This document shows positions 33,720 through 45,300 of a stretch of 64,000 nt of DNA, in pieces; the first letter of the stretch is position 1, and each line of letters starts with the position of its first letter. Both the position numbers and the translations under genes were made by a program. The notes under the pieces were generated by a model, which saw only the letters and a list, made by a program, of their open reading frames with translations, was not told the origin of the DNA and searched no databases. The DNA lies in the IMG/VR virus record IMGVR_UViG_3300012665_001205, one strand, 5' to 3'. This DNA comes from an uncultured virus (IMG/VR IMGVR_UViG_3300012665_001205). Taxonomy: Duplodnaviria > Heunggongvirae > Uroviricota > Caudoviricetes > Crassvirales.

Positions 33720-36157
33720 TGCGCAAAGAGTCAAATATAGACATATCTCCAATTCAATTTCCAAGCCAACTTGCAACAGATGCAGAGAAGGCGAGTGAGG
33801 AGTTTGGATTGAGAGTTGGCCAGGCCATACAATACGAATGGTTTCGCAGAGACAGTGGATCTGCAAGGTATTATAACCAATGGAAAGACTTTAACCGTCT
33901 TAGATTGTACGCTCGTGGAGAGCAGCCTATTCAGAAGTATAAGAATGAACTAGCTATTGACGGAGACCTTTCTTACCTAAACATTGACTGGACTCCAGTT
34001 CCTATTATCCCTAAGTTTGTAGACATCGTTGTTAACGGAATGTCTGACAGATTATTTACTATTAAGGCTTACGCTCAAGACGCTCTTTCAGCTGAGAAAA
34101 GAAATCAGTATCAGGACATGATCGAGGGAGAGATGGCTGCGAAAGAAGTTCTCCTACAAGTTCAAGATAAGTTTGGTGTAGATCCATTCATGGTAAGCCC
34201 AGAAGACTTACCAAACGATGACGAAGAGCTATCTCTATTTATGCAGCTTAACTACAAGCCAGCTATTGAGATTGCTGAAGAGGAAGCGATTAACACTATT
34301 CTTTTAGAAAATCACTACGATGATATTAAGAGACGTTTTGATTATGATCTAACCACTATTGGTATTGCAGTTGGTAAGCATGAGTTTCTACCTGGAGAGG
34401 GTGTGAAAATTAATTATGTAGACCCAGCTAATGTTATCTACAGTTATACAGAAGATCCATACTTTAGAGATTGCTTCTACTGGGGAGAGGTAAAGACAGT
34501 TCCAATTACTGAACTTATAAAGATCAATCCAAGACTAACAAAAGAAGAGCTAGAAGAAATATCAAAGACTAATCAGTCTTGGGGTGAGTACTACTCTGTG
34601 TCAAGGTTTTATTCTGACAATGTATTTTCAAGAGACACATGTACTCTATTGTACTTCAATTACAAGACCACAAAGACTTACGTTTACAAAAAGAAAATTC
34701 TAGAGGGTAATGCTTCTAGAGTAATTGAGAAGGACGATACATTCAATCCTCCAGTAGAGATGATGGAGGAAGGCAGGTTTGAGAGAATAGAGAAGACTAT
34801 CGATGTTTGGTACGAGGGAGTGATGGTTGCTGGTACTAGAATTGTATTGAAGTGGCAGTTGATGGAGAACATGGTTCGTCCTAAGTCAGCGTCTCAGATG
34901 GCAATGCCAAACTACGTTGCTGTTGCTCCACGAATGTACAAGGGAACGATTGAGTCTTTGACTAGACGAATGATTCCTTTTGCTGATCTTATTCAGATCA
35001 CTCACTTAAAGTTACAGCAGGTTATTTCTAGAATGGTGCCAGATGGTGTATTCATTGACGCTGATGGTCTAAATGAGGTTGACTTGGGTAATGGAAACGC
35101 ATACACTCCAGAGGACGCTTTAAGACTATACTTCCAGACTGGTAGTGTTGTTGGACGTAGTTATACTGGAGACGGTGACTTCAATAACGCAAGGGTTCCT
35201 GTACAGCCTCTCACAGGCACTACGGGGCAGTCTAAGATGGCTGCACTAATAAACAACTATAACCACTACCTAGAGATGTTGCGTGGCGTGACGGGGCTAA
35301 ATGAGGCACGTGATGGAAGCGATCCAGATCCACGTGCTTTGGTTGGTGTACAGAAGCTTGCAGCACTTAACTCAAACACTGCGACAAGACATATTCTTGA
35401 TGCAAGTTTGTTTATGACTAAGACATTTGCTGAGGCATTAAGTGTTAGGGTTTCTGATATATTAGAGTATGCTGACTTTGCAGAAGAGTTTGCCATGCAG
35501 ATCGGTAAGTACAATGTAGGTATACTAAGAGATATAAAGGACTTATACATACATGACTTTGGTATCTTCATTGAGCTTTCTCCAGATGAGGAACAGAAGG
35601 AGAGACTTGAGCAGAACATTCAGATTGCTCTATCTAGAAACGATATCAATCTTGAAGATGCTATTGACATTAGAGAGATCAAGAACATTAAGATGGCTAA
35701 CCAGCTGCTTAAGGTTAAGAGAACTAAGAAGATGGAGCTTGATCAGAAGAACGACATGATGAAGCAGCAGATGCAGGCTCAGATTAACATGCAGTCTCAA
35801 CAGGCTGCTGCTCAAATGGAAGTTCAGAAGATACAGCTTGAGACAGAGAGTAAGATTCAGCTCAAGCAGGCTGAGGCAGCCATGGATCTTGAGAAGCTTA
35901 AAGGAGAGGCTATGTTGAAGCTACAGTTGATGGAGCGAGAGTTCCAGTATAACATGCAGCTGAACGGTATGCAGACACAGCTGCTAAAGGATCGAGAGGA
36001 GATGAAGGAGGATAGAAAGGACGAGAGAATTAGTAAGCAGAACAGTCAGCAGTCAAAATTAATTACTCAAAGAAAAAATAATTTACCTCCAATGAAGTTT
36101 GAATCAAATGAGGATAGTTTAGACAAATTTGATCTAGCTTCATTCGAACCAAAATAA
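33719..36157 (+). CDS. Portal protein
   Basis: 812 aa after TerL; LRLYARGEQ, PIIPKFVDIVVNG, TGLNEARDGS; Gln-rich coiled-coil C-terminus. Confidence 0.88.
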   Translation: MRKESNIDISPIQFPSQLATDAEKASEEFGLRVGQAIQYEWFRRDSGSARYYNQWKDFNRLRLYARGEQPIQKYKNELAIDGDLSYLNIDWTPVPIIPKFVDIVVNGMSDRLFTIKAYAQDALSAEKRNQYQDMIEGEMAAKEVLLQVQDKFGVDPFMVSPEDLPNDDEELSLFMQLNYKPAIEIAEEEAINTILLENHYDDIKRRFDYDLTTIGIAVGKHEFLPGEGVKINYVDPANVIYSYTEDPYFRDCFYWGEVKTVPITELIKINPRLTKEELEEISKTNQSWGEYYSVSRFYSDNVFSRDTCTLLYFNYKTTKTYVYKKKILEGNASRVIEKDDTFNPPVEMMEEGRFERIEKTIDVWYEGVMVAGTRIVLKWQLMENMVRPKSASQMAMPNYVAVAPRMYKGTIESLTRRMIPFADLIQITHLKLQQVISRMVPDGVFIDADGLNEVDLGNGNAYTPEDALRLYFQTGSVVGRSYTGDGDFNNARVPVQPLTGTTGQSKMAALINNYNHYLEMLRGVTGLNEARDGSDPDPRALVGVQKLAALNSNTATRHILDASLFMTKTFAEALSVRVSDILEYADFAEEFAMQIGKYNVGILRDIKDLYIHDFGIFIELSPDEEQKERLEQNIQIALSRNDINLEDAIDIREIKNIKMANQLLKVKRTKKMELDQKNDMMKQQMQAQINMQSQQAAAQMEVQKIQLETESKIQLKQAEAAMDLEKLKGEAMLKLQLMEREFQYNMQLNGMQTQLLKDREEMKEDRKDERISKQNSQQSKLITQRKNNLPPMKFESNEDSLDKFDLASFEPK

Positions 36158-36185
36158 ATTAAATAATAACTAAATTTGTAATCTA

Positions 36186-37244
36186 ATGGAATTAAAAGTA
36201 AGAGTGTTAGACGATGTAGAGCAGAAGTCTGCTCAGCAAGTCGAAGAAGAGTTGCTTAAAAAGCACGAAGAGCAAGTTTCTGCTCCAGCAGCTATAGAAG
36301 AAACTGTAGTTGTTGGGCAAGAAGATTTAAGCGAGGATAAAGTCCTTGACTTTCTTGACAAGAAGTACGGAAAGAAACTCTCAAGCGTAGAGGATCTATT
36401 CGCAGTACAAAAGGAAGAACTACCAGAAGATGTTTCTGCGTTCTTGAACTTTAAAAAGGAAACTGGAAGAGGTCTTAATGACTTTTTCAAAATTAATACT
36501 GACTTGGATTCAATGAATCCAGATCAACTACTAAAAGAATATTACTCTCAAAAGGAGAGTGATCTTGATACTGAAGAAATCGATTACTTGATAGCTGACA
36601 AGTTTAGCTATGATGAGGACCTCGATGACGAGAAGGATATCAAGAAAAAACAGATTGAAAAGAAAAAAGAACTTGCAAAAGCTAAGAAGTTCCTTGAGGA
36701 ACAAAAGCAGAAGTACAAGGCCCCGCTTGAGTCAAGCTATGGTAGCCTTTCTGCTGAGGATCAAGAGGCACTTAAAGCTTACAAGGAATACTTAGCTAGG
36801 AATAGCGGTAACCAAGAGCTAGAACAACGTCAGGCAGAATGGTTTCTTAAGAAGACAGATGAAGTTTTCAACAGCGATTTCAAAGGTTTTGATTTCAAGA
36901 TTGGAGACAAAGAACTGAAGTTTTCACCAGGAGACCACAATGAATTGAAGAAGGTTCAGTCCAACATCAATAACTTCATTGCGAAATTCGTAAATAATGA
37001 TGGTTTGATTGAAGATGCAAAAGGTTATCACAAGTCATTAGCTGTTGCTATGAACCCAGAGAAATTTGCTAAATTTTTCTATGAGCAGGGGATTGCTGAC
37101 GCTGTCGAAAAGGAAGCTAAATCAAGCAAGAACATAAACTTCGAAGTGAGAAGATCCCCTGAAGTGATTAACAAGGGAAGTTTCAAGGTTACTAGCGTAG
37201 GAGACACCGATGGTCGAGGTCTTCGAATTAGGTTTAAAAAATAA
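36186..37244 (+). CDS. Capsid scaffolding protein
   Basis: Acidic coiled-coil between portal and capsid; AKFFYEQG; TAAATTTG at 36171. Confidence 0.7.
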   Translation: MELKVRVLDDVEQKSAQQVEEELLKKHEEQVSAPAAIEETVVVGQEDLSEDKVLDFLDKKYGKKLSSVEDLFAVQKEELPEDVSAFLNFKKETGRGLNDFFKINTDLDSMNPDQLLKEYYSQKESDLDTEEIDYLIADKFSYDEDLDDEKDIKKKQIEKKKELAKAKKFLEEQKQKYKAPLESSYGSLSAEDQEALKAYKEYLARNSGNQELEQRQAEWFLKKTDEVFNSDFKGFDFKIGDKELKFSPGDHNELKKVQSNINNFIAKFVNNDGLIEDAKGYHKSLAVAMNPEKFAKFFYEQGIADAVEKEAKSSKNINFEVRRSPEVINKGSFKVTSVGDTDGRGLRIRFKK

Positions 37245-37256
37245 AACAACAAAACA

Positions 37257-38675
37257 ATGGCAGGATCAGTACAAACTGTACCTGGCTTTCAATTACAGCC
37301 AAGTGCAGAGCGAGTAGCCCTCGCAACTAACTACATTACCGACTTCAACTTCTTGAACCAGTATCTACCTGATACCTATGAGAAAGAATTTGAGCGTTAC
37401 GGTAACCGAAGCGTAGCATCTTTCTTACGATTGGTGAGCGCAGAATTGCCTTCCACTTCTGACTTGATCAAGTGGACTGAGCAAGGACGTCTTCATACTA
37501 AGTATGTAAACGTAACTCAAGATGGAGCCGCTGGCGACTCCAACGCAACTTTTACAGTACCTGTTGGTCAATTGACTGGTAAAGGATTTGTAAACGGTAG
37601 CATTGCTATTCGTGTGGGACAGACTGTCCTTATCTCTGAAGAAGGAGCTGGTGCTCAAGGTCTAAACAAAGGTATCGTTACTGCTGTTGACTATGCAGCA
37701 AGAACTTTTGACGTAGCTTACTACGAAGTTGGTGGACAAACTTTCGCAGCAACTAAGACCGTATCTGTATTCGTTTACGGTTCTGAGTTTAAGAAAGGAA
37801 CTCTTGGAATGACTGAATCTCTTGAGTCTGACGGTGAGATCTTCGAGAACTCTCCAATCATCATCAAAGACCACTATGCAGTATCTGGTTCTGATATGGC
37901 TCAGATCGGATGGGTAGAGGTTGAAGGTGACAATGGCCCAGGTTTCTTGTGGTACCTAAAGTCTCAGCACGAGACTCGTCTTCGTTTCGAAGATTATCTT
38001 GAGACTGCAATGATTGAAGCTATTCCAGCTGCGAACGTAACAGCAGGTGGAGCAAAAGCTCTAGGTTTCAAAGGATCTGAAGGTCTATTTGATGCAATCG
38101 GTAAGAGAGGTAACGTATGGGCAGGTGGTAACCCATCTACTTTGGATGATTTCGATAGCATCGTTTCTCGTCTTGACAAGCAGGGATCTATCGAGGAGAA
38201 CGTAATCTTCTTGGATCGTCAGTTTGGATTCGACATCGATGATATGTTGGCAGCTCAGAACAGCTACGGAGCTGGAGGTACTTCTTACGGTCTATTTGAC
38301 AACGATGAGAAGATGGCTCTTACTCTTGGTTTCACTGGCTTCCGTAGAGGTTATGACTTCTACAAGTCTGACTGGAAATACTTGAACGATCCAACCATGC
38401 GTGGTGGATTGATCGGTGGTGCTGTGTCTGGTGTTCTTGTTCCAGCTGGAACTACTACTGTGTACGACAACGTACTTGGTAAGAACGCTAAGCGTCCATT
38501 CTTGCACGTTCGTTACAGAGCTTCTGAGACTGAAGATCGTAAGTACAAGACTTGGGTAACTGGTTCCGCAGGTGGAGCTCAGACTTCAAGCTTGGATGCA
38601 ATGGAGGTACACTTCTTGTCTGAAAGAGCGTTGTGCACCATGGGTGCTAACAACTTCTTCTTGTTCGAGAAGTAA
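37257..38675 (+). CDS. Major capsid protein
   Basis: 472 aa after the scaffold with strongly biased codons; QYLPD.YEKEFERYGNR, WTEQGRLH, FLSER; followed by a terminator. Confidence 0.88.
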   Translation: MAGSVQTVPGFQLQPSAERVALATNYITDFNFLNQYLPDTYEKEFERYGNRSVASFLRLVSAELPSTSDLIKWTEQGRLHTKYVNVTQDGAAGDSNATFTVPVGQLTGKGFVNGSIAIRVGQTVLISEEGAGAQGLNKGIVTAVDYAARTFDVAYYEVGGQTFAATKTVSVFVYGSEFKKGTLGMTESLESDGEIFENSPIIIKDHYAVSGSDMAQIGWVEVEGDNGPGFLWYLKSQHETRLRFEDYLETAMIEAIPAANVTAGGAKALGFKGSEGLFDAIGKRGNVWAGGNPSTLDDFDSIVSRLDKQGSIEENVIFLDRQFGFDIDDMLAAQNSYGAGGTSYGLFDNDEKMALTLGFTGFRRGYDFYKSDWKYLNDPTMRGGLIGGAVSGVLVPAGTTTVYDNVLGKNAKRPFLHVRYRASETEDRKYKTWVTGSAGGAQTSSLDAMEVHFLSERALCTMGANNFFLFEK

Positions 38676-38685
38676 TAGTAAAATA

Positions 38686-38711
38686 GGAGGGGCCGATTGG
38701 CCCTTCCTTTT
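38686..38711 (+). terminator. Intrinsic terminator
   Basis: GGAGGGGCC-GATT-GGCCCTTCC-TTTT. Confidence 0.8.
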
Positions 38712-38731
38712 ACCTTTAAATACATAGAGAC

Positions 38732-39289
38732 ATGGACAATGTACAAAAAGCCCTTGCGGCCCAAAGAAAAAGAAGAGCTGATATTCAGTCTGCTTATGAT
38801 GCTAAGAAGGCAAGTGATATTCAAAAGCGTAAAACTTCATTGCAACCTAAGCAAACAACTAAGCTAGGTGCTGGAGTTGGTTCTGGAATTATGAAGTATG
38901 CTGGAGAGAATTATCAGCAAACAGGTATTAAAAAAGCAATCAGAGAGACTTCTAACTATACAAGAACTGATTTATTAACTAAAGCTAGAGCTGAAGAAGC
39001 AAGAAGCGCAGTTAAATCTGCACCTAAAGCTCCTTCAATTGCTCAGAAGAGAGCTTCTTTTGCAGCTGCAAATGCTCCTGTTTCGATTAAAACTACTAGT
39101 CCTGGTATCAGTGGAATGGGTGTTGCTGGTCTTTCTAAGACTGCTCCAAAGGCACCTTCAATTGCTCCAGCTAGAACTTACACAGACAAAGAAAAGCAGA
39201 TTAGTTCTTTGCTTGCTACTGGTAAGAAAAAGGATGGAACTATGAAGGCATCTGCTCAACGTAAGATTCAAAGAATTCGCAAGAAATAA
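38732..39289 (+). CDS. Basic Lys/Ala-rich protein
   Basis: APKAPSIA x2; shares a motif with 39302..39796. Confidence 0.7.
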   Translation: MDNVQKALAAQRKRRADIQSAYDAKKASDIQKRKTSLQPKQTTKLGAGVGSGIMKYAGENYQQTGIKKAIRETSNYTRTDLLTKARAEEARSAVKSAPKAPSIAQKRASFAAANAPVSIKTTSPGISGMGVAGLSKTAPKAPSIAPARTYTDKEKQISSLLATGKKKDGTMKASAQRKIQRIRKK

Positions 39290-39301
39290 ACAAATAAAAC
39301 A

Positions 39302-39796
39302 ATGGCTATTAAAAAAAATGACCCACCTAAAAAAGGTAAAACCACTTTAGGCGCTGGTACAGGAACTGGGATTACAAAGTATGCTGCTGAAAACGCACGT
39401 CAAAAAGCTATTAAAGAGGCAGCAAGAAAGTCTGCTGCTGCTGCTGTTGCGAAAAAGCCTGCTGCGAAAAAGCCTGCACCTGCTCCTAAAAAGGCTGCTG
39501 CTCCTGCTCCTAAAAAGGCTGCTGCACCTGCTCCTGCACCTGCACCTGCTGTTGCAGCAAAGAAGCCTAGTACTATTAATAAAAGAGCACCATTAATGGA
39601 TGTTCCTGTTGGTAACAAAGGATATAGAATGTCAATTGATACCACAAACATGAATAAGCCAGATGAACAGACATATAACTATATTATGAGGGATTCAACT
39701 GGAAAAGTTACATCAAAAGGAAACATTGCAAGACAAGGTTATACTGGTAAGTCTGGAGCTAGAGAAGTAGTTAATAAATTCAAGGCAAAGAAGTAA
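39302..39796 (+). CDS. Histone H1-like PAKK-repeat protein
   Basis: AKKPAAKKPAPAPKKAAAPAPKKAAAPAPAP. Confidence 0.75.
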   Translation: MAIKKNDPPKKGKTTLGAGTGTGITKYAAENARQKAIKEAARKSAAAAVAKKPAAKKPAPAPKKAAAPAPKKAAAPAPAPAPAVAAKKPSTINKRAPLMDVPVGNKGYRMSIDTTNMNKPDEQTYNYIMRDSTGKVTSKGNIARQGYTGKSGAREVVNKFKAKK

Positions 39797-39805
39797 CAAT
39801 TAACT

Positions 39806-39834
39806 GAGGGAGTCGCTGTGGCCCCCTCTATTTT
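39806..39834 (+). terminator. Intrinsic terminator-like hairpin
   Basis: GAGGG...CCCTC followed by TATTTT. Confidence 0.6.
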
Positions 39835-39853
39835 CAATTTAATTTAAAATCAA

Positions 39854-40585
39854 ATGGAACAATTAAAATCGAGAACTTATGTTCTCCTAAGATCAGATGC
39901 GCCACTTAGCTTGATGATCCCATCAAAAGGGACAGCTAGAAGGCCGCTACTTTACTTTGACGGTAAAGCTAACAGACAGTTGAGGTACTCAGCAAATCAA
40001 CCAAGCCCATTTATTGACGAACAAGACGGCAACGTGCTTCTTGAGCCAATTGTGTTTGAAGATGGTATGCTACACGTACCAGAAAGCAATCCAGTGTTAC
40101 AACAGTTTCTTTATTATCATCCAGGGAATGGTAAGATTTTTGAAGAACTAGATCCAGAGAAGGACGCTCAGAATGATCTTATTGATCTAGATATTGAGGT
40201 CAACGCACTTATTGCTGCTAAATCAATGGAACTTTCACTAATGGAAACAGTTGCAAGAATTGGTCTTGGTATTCAGGCAGATAAGAAAACTTCTTCTGAA
40301 CTAAAGAGAGACGTTCTTGTTTTTGCTAAGAGTTATCCAATTAGATTTATGGAGATCTTAAATGATCCAATGCTAAGAGTTCAGGACATTGTAGCCAGAG
40401 CATTTGAGCAGCAGATCCTTAAGATGAGAAATAAAGGAAGAGATATTTATTTCAACCTTTCAGATAATAAGAGTAAGTTCATGACGATCCCATTTGGGGA
40501 ACATAGAATCTCAACCGTATCTAAATACCTACAGACAGACGATGGTATTGAGACACTAAAGTTATTAGAAAGAAATGTTGAGTAG
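39854..40585 (+). CDS. Conserved structural-module protein
   Basis: LRYS.NQ.SPFIDEQ, FEDGML.VP, LQQFL..HP.N. Confidence 0.65.
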   Translation: MEQLKSRTYVLLRSDAPLSLMIPSKGTARRPLLYFDGKANRQLRYSANQPSPFIDEQDGNVLLEPIVFEDGMLHVPESNPVLQQFLYYHPGNGKIFEELDPEKDAQNDLIDLDIEVNALIAAKSMELSLMETVARIGLGIQADKKTSSELKRDVLVFAKSYPIRFMEILNDPMLRVQDIVARAFEQQILKMRNKGRDIYFNLSDNKSKFMTIPFGEHRISTVSKYLQTDDGIETLKLLERNVE

Positions 40586-40593
40586 TGTAAATT

Positions 40594-40622
40594 AAGAGAG
40601 GGTAATACCTCTCTTTTTTTTT
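40594..40622 (+). terminator. Intrinsic terminator
   Basis: AAGAGAGG-GTAATA-CCTCTCTT plus T run; followed by TATCTTTG at 40625. Confidence 0.8.
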
Positions 40623-40647
40623 ACTATCTTTGTACAAAAAGAATGGG

Positions 40648-41349
40648 ATGATAAATTCAGTAAGAAATACGGTTCTATCTGTTTTGAACAAGAATAATTA
40701 CGGCTACATTAGCCCAAATGATTTTAACCTATTTGCCAAGCAAGCACAGATAGACATCTTTGAAAATTACTTCTACAGATACAACTTTCAGATTCAGAAA
40801 GAAAATGCTAGACAATCTGGAATTGGATATGCTGATATAAAGAAGCAGTATGAGGAAGTTATTGACTCATTTTCAAAAATTGTATCACTTACTAAGGTGT
40901 CTGGTACTTTTACTCTTCCTACTGATTATTACACTATAGTTAGAATTATACAGACAAACGGTGTAGGAAAGATGGTTGAGGTTGAAAAGGTATCTCTTGC
41001 TAGAGCTCAACAGCTTTTAATGTCAAACCTTACACAACCAATCGATTTGTTTCCAGCATACGTTCAGTCAGAAAATAAGATAACGGTTTATCCAGATACA
41101 ATTTCAACTGGCGTAACTTGTTATTACGTTAGATATCCTAAAGACCCTAAGTGGACATACACTCTGGTCTCTGGTGAACCATTGTTTAACCAAGGAGCTG
41201 TTGACTATCAGGACTTTGAACTACCTTCAACTGACGAACCTACTTTGATAGCTAAAATATTGCAATACTCTGGAATGTCTATTCGAGAAATTGAGGCGGT
41301 TCAATTTGGTAATCAAGAGGAAGAAAAAGAAATTGTTATTGAGAAATAA
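40648..41349 (+). CDS. Tail adaptor/ring-like structural protein
   Basis: MINSVRNTVL..LNK...GYISP..FN..A.QAQ; LPTDYY; YVRYP..PKW; DFELP. Confidence 0.65.
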   Translation: MINSVRNTVLSVLNKNNYGYISPNDFNLFAKQAQIDIFENYFYRYNFQIQKENARQSGIGYADIKKQYEEVIDSFSKIVSLTKVSGTFTLPTDYYTIVRIIQTNGVGKMVEVEKVSLARAQQLLMSNLTQPIDLFPAYVQSENKITVYPDTISTGVTCYYVRYPKDPKWTYTLVSGEPLFNQGAVDYQDFELPSTDEPTLIAKILQYSGMSIREIEAVQFGNQEEEKEIVIEK

Positions 41350-42323
41350 TGGGACTATACAATAAATATCTATCTGATCTTCAGTACTATAGCAACAATG
41401 GAAATGTTCCAGAGGATGCTAACTGGGGATCTTATCAGTACATATCTCTAGAAGATATTGTCAACAACTTTATGTTGATGTATCAGGGAGACCATGAGTT
41501 AATGAATAACTTAAATAGATACAAGGTATTGTTCTATGCTAAGAGGGGTATTCAGGAGCTTAACTATGATGCGATGAAGGAGATCAAGGTTCTTCAGCAA
41601 AAAGTTGGTCCTAATTTAAAGTTCATTCTTCCTTCTGACTACGTAAACTGGGTTAGAATATCTTTATACAAAGATGGTTTAATCCTACTGTTGACTGAAA
41701 ATATTCAGGTTAACTTTGCTAGAGAATACGTTCAAGACAACAACTTTAAAGTTGTGGTTGATGAAAATGGTGTGGTTATTGATGCTGAAAATTCAGATTT
41801 AGATTTAGATAGATTAGACAACCTTCAAAAAAGTATTTACCTTAATCCATCTAGCCCATACCACAATATGTGGGGATGGGAGTACGGAGGAAACTGGTAC
41901 TTTGACTATAATGTTGGTAGCAGATATGGTTTAAATACTGAGACAGCTAATCAGAATCCAACATTCAAGATAGACAAGAGATCTGGAGTTATAAATTTTA
42001 GTAATGAGATGGCCTATGAGTCATGCATACTTGAATACATTTCAGATGGAATGGAATACACCTCTACAGCTAACTTGCCTGGAAAGCCAGTAGCATCCAG
42101 AAATGATTCTGCGATCAGCGTAAACAAAATGTTTGAGAGCTATATCTATTCATTTATTAAGTATTCAATATTAAGTAACAAACTTAATGTGCAGGAGTAC
42201 ATTGTAGCTAGGGCTAAAAAAGAAATGAGTGCCCTATTAAGAAATGCAAGAATCAGAATTAGCAATATTCACCCAGGTAGATTACTCATGAACATGAGGG
42301 GTCAAAACAAGATGATAAAGTAA
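41349..42323 (+). CDS. Tail tubular/ring structural protein
   Basis: V.FYAKRGIQELNYD, LPSDYVNWVRIS, LEYISDG. Confidence 0.65.
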   Translation: MGLYNKYLSDLQYYSNNGNVPEDANWGSYQYISLEDIVNNFMLMYQGDHELMNNLNRYKVLFYAKRGIQELNYDAMKEIKVLQQKVGPNLKFILPSDYVNWVRISLYKDGLILLLTENIQVNFAREYVQDNNFKVVVDENGVVIDAENSDLDLDRLDNLQKSIYLNPSSPYHNMWGWEYGGNWYFDYNVGSRYGLNTETANQNPTFKIDKRSGVINFSNEMAYESCILEYISDGMEYTSTANLPGKPVASRNDSAISVNKMFESYIYSFIKYSILSNKLNVQEYIVARAKKEMSALLRNARIRISNIHPGRLLMNMRGQNKMIK

Positions 42324-42325
42324 GT

Positions 42326-45300
42326 ATGGATTTAGTAAAAACCTTTGTAAAGGGCAAGATGAATAAGAGCCTTGATGAGAGGCTTATACCTGATGGCGAA
42401 TATATTGACGCCATGAATGTTCGTGTTGGCTCTACTGAGTTATCCGATGTCGGTTCTTTAGAAAACACGAAAGGAAACACTAAGATTTCAAACATACTAT
42501 ACAATAATGTTCCACTTTCAAGTAGTGCTGTCTGTATTGGTGCATTTCAAGACGGTGTAAATGACACTATATACTGGTTTATTCATTCTCCAGCAGACAA
42601 CGTAGACATGATTGTCTCAATGAATGTTGAGACTGGGTTTACTGTATACCACGTGGTTAGCACATCTGTGTTAAATTTTAGCAGAGATTATTTAATCAAT
42701 GGAATAAATAAGATAGAAGACTTGCTTTTCTTCACAGATGGATACAATCCTCCTAGAAGAATAAATGTAAAAAGATCATACCCTAGTGAGCCTACTCTTA
42801 CTGAGGCTGATATTTCTGTAATTGTTGCACCTCCTTTTGAGTCACCTTCTATTAGATTGATAAATATATCTGGAGATGAAAACTATATAGAGGATAAGTT
42901 TTTATCATTTTCTTACAGATATAAATATTTGAACGGAGAGTACAGTGCTATGTCTCAGTTTAGCGAGATAGCATTTGAACCTGGCTTCTTTAATTTTGAC
43001 TTCAGTAAATTTACAAACAGCGGAATGAGAAATAAATTCAACGCTGTTAATGTAACATTTGATACTGGTGGTGAAAGTGTAGTTGCTATTGACTTGCTTT
43101 TTAAAACCTCAATTTCCTCTACTATAAATGTAATAGAGAGGTACGATAAAAAACTTTTAGGAATTACAGATAATTCAGACTATACGGTTCAGTTTAGCTC
43201 TAAAAAAATATTATCTACGCTGCCTCCATCTGAAATTTTAAGAACATTTGATAACGTACCAATTGTTGCTAAAGCCCAAACTTTGATGTCAAATAGAATT
43301 TTCTATGGAAACTACAAGGATGGTTACGACATTGTAGATTCAAATGGAAAAAGAATTAATGTAAGATTTAATGCATCAATTGTTTCAGAAGAGTTAGGGT
43401 ATTTAGAAGTTCCTTCAGTTAGATCATCATCTCAGTACAATATAGTACCACTTGGTCCTCATACTTATAGTAATACATTAACAACTATAAATTTTACTGG
43501 AATTGATTTAAAAGAGGGAGCCGCTATAGGGATAGATTTATCTTTGAGTGGAACACTGGTTTCAGACCCAGATTATTCAAACGACATAATTCAATCTTTT
43601 TACTTTCAATTACAGAAAGATTACTCATCTGTTTATGAATTGGTAACTAGCCAAGAGTTTATTGATGAAATAGGATCTCAAACATTTCATGGGAACGTGG
43701 ATGATTGTGGGACTGATGATGAGGGTACTTCTTTTACTGATCAAATAGCTTGTCAAGCTGTACCACCAACTGGATTTTCTAGCTATGGCTACGGTATAAA
43801 TACTGTTGGAGAAGGGATTAAAATAATAGCTAATCCTGGATCTTCTTCTTTTTCATTACAGATGATTGTAATGGTTTATCAGAGTAATGTTAATCCTACA
43901 ATATTTGATTATGAATACTTTTCTATAAGTTCAGTTTCTGCTGAGTACATGACTCAGTCTGATGCAAGCAGTTTGCATAGCAATAGAGATTTTTCTTTAG
44001 GTATAATATACATGGATGATTTTAATAGAGCAACAACTGTATTAACATCTGAAAATAATTCTATACATATACCTCCTGCAAATTCAGTAAATAAAAACTC
44101 TATAAAAGTAGACATACTATCCACTCCTCCATTTTGGGCTAAAAAATATAAGTTTGCTTTATTGCCTTCTGGATTAGATTATGAAATAATATATAGCACT
44201 CTTTACTTCTTTAATCCTGGAGATAACACTGTTTTTCTAAATTTAGAAGGTGACAATCAAAATAAGGCTAAAGTTGGAGATAAGCTTATTGTTAAAAGAG
44301 ATAGTACTGGTCCTTTAAGTAATTTGGTTAAATGTGAAATTTTAGATATTTCAGCACAACCTTTAGATTTTATTCAAGGTGGACAAGAGGAGCCATCTGG
44401 TCTTTACATGAAAATTAAGCCAGTAGGCTTTTCTATAGACACAGAGACTCCATCAGTATTAGGTGGAAAGACGATTTCTGTTAGTGGTAAAGACTATCCA
44501 GCTTTAAGTATACCAGTATTTACAGAAGAACCTGCTGGCACGTTTACTCCTTGGGAAATAACAGATGGAAGTATTGTTAGATTTGATTTAATTCTTAATA
44601 GACCATATAGAAATGAAGATAGAGGTCAAAGAAGATATAGCTATAAAAAAGAATATGTAGCCTCATCAGACTATGCTAACCTTCGTGACTTTGTGTTAGC
44701 TCAAAATATAGACTTTAGCACAGGGGATAGTACTGTTAGCGGTGATGAGACAGAAAATGAAAATATTTTTATTTCAGCACTTGGAACTACATTTCCATCA
44801 GCTACTGGTGGTATAAATAAATATCAGTTTTATGAAAGTCCTGCTTCATCTGGCAAGTTGTATTTTGGAATAAGAACAGGTACTCCTGGTTATAGTAATC
44901 CTGAATCATCAATTACTGGATCTATAACTATTGTTAGACAAAATGGAATTATTGTATTTGAAACAGAGCCAACAGAAGCGGCTGATGACATTTACTATGA
45001 GGGAAGTCAGACATTTGAAATAGTTGGAGGAGCACATTCTCAAAATAGTATAGTACTAAACTTTCATGATTGCTTTACATTTGGTAACGGAGTAGAAAGT
45101 TATAAGATTGAAGACGCTCTTGCTGCACCTTACTTCAGACTAGGACAAAGATTTTCTTCAGTGTCAGCAGAAGAATTTAAACAAGCTAATAGATATGCGT
45201 CTATAACTTATAGTGGCGTGTTTAATCCTGAGACAAATCTTAACAAGTTAAATGAGTTTAACCTTGGTCTAGCAAACTTCAGTGACTTAGAACGTAGATT

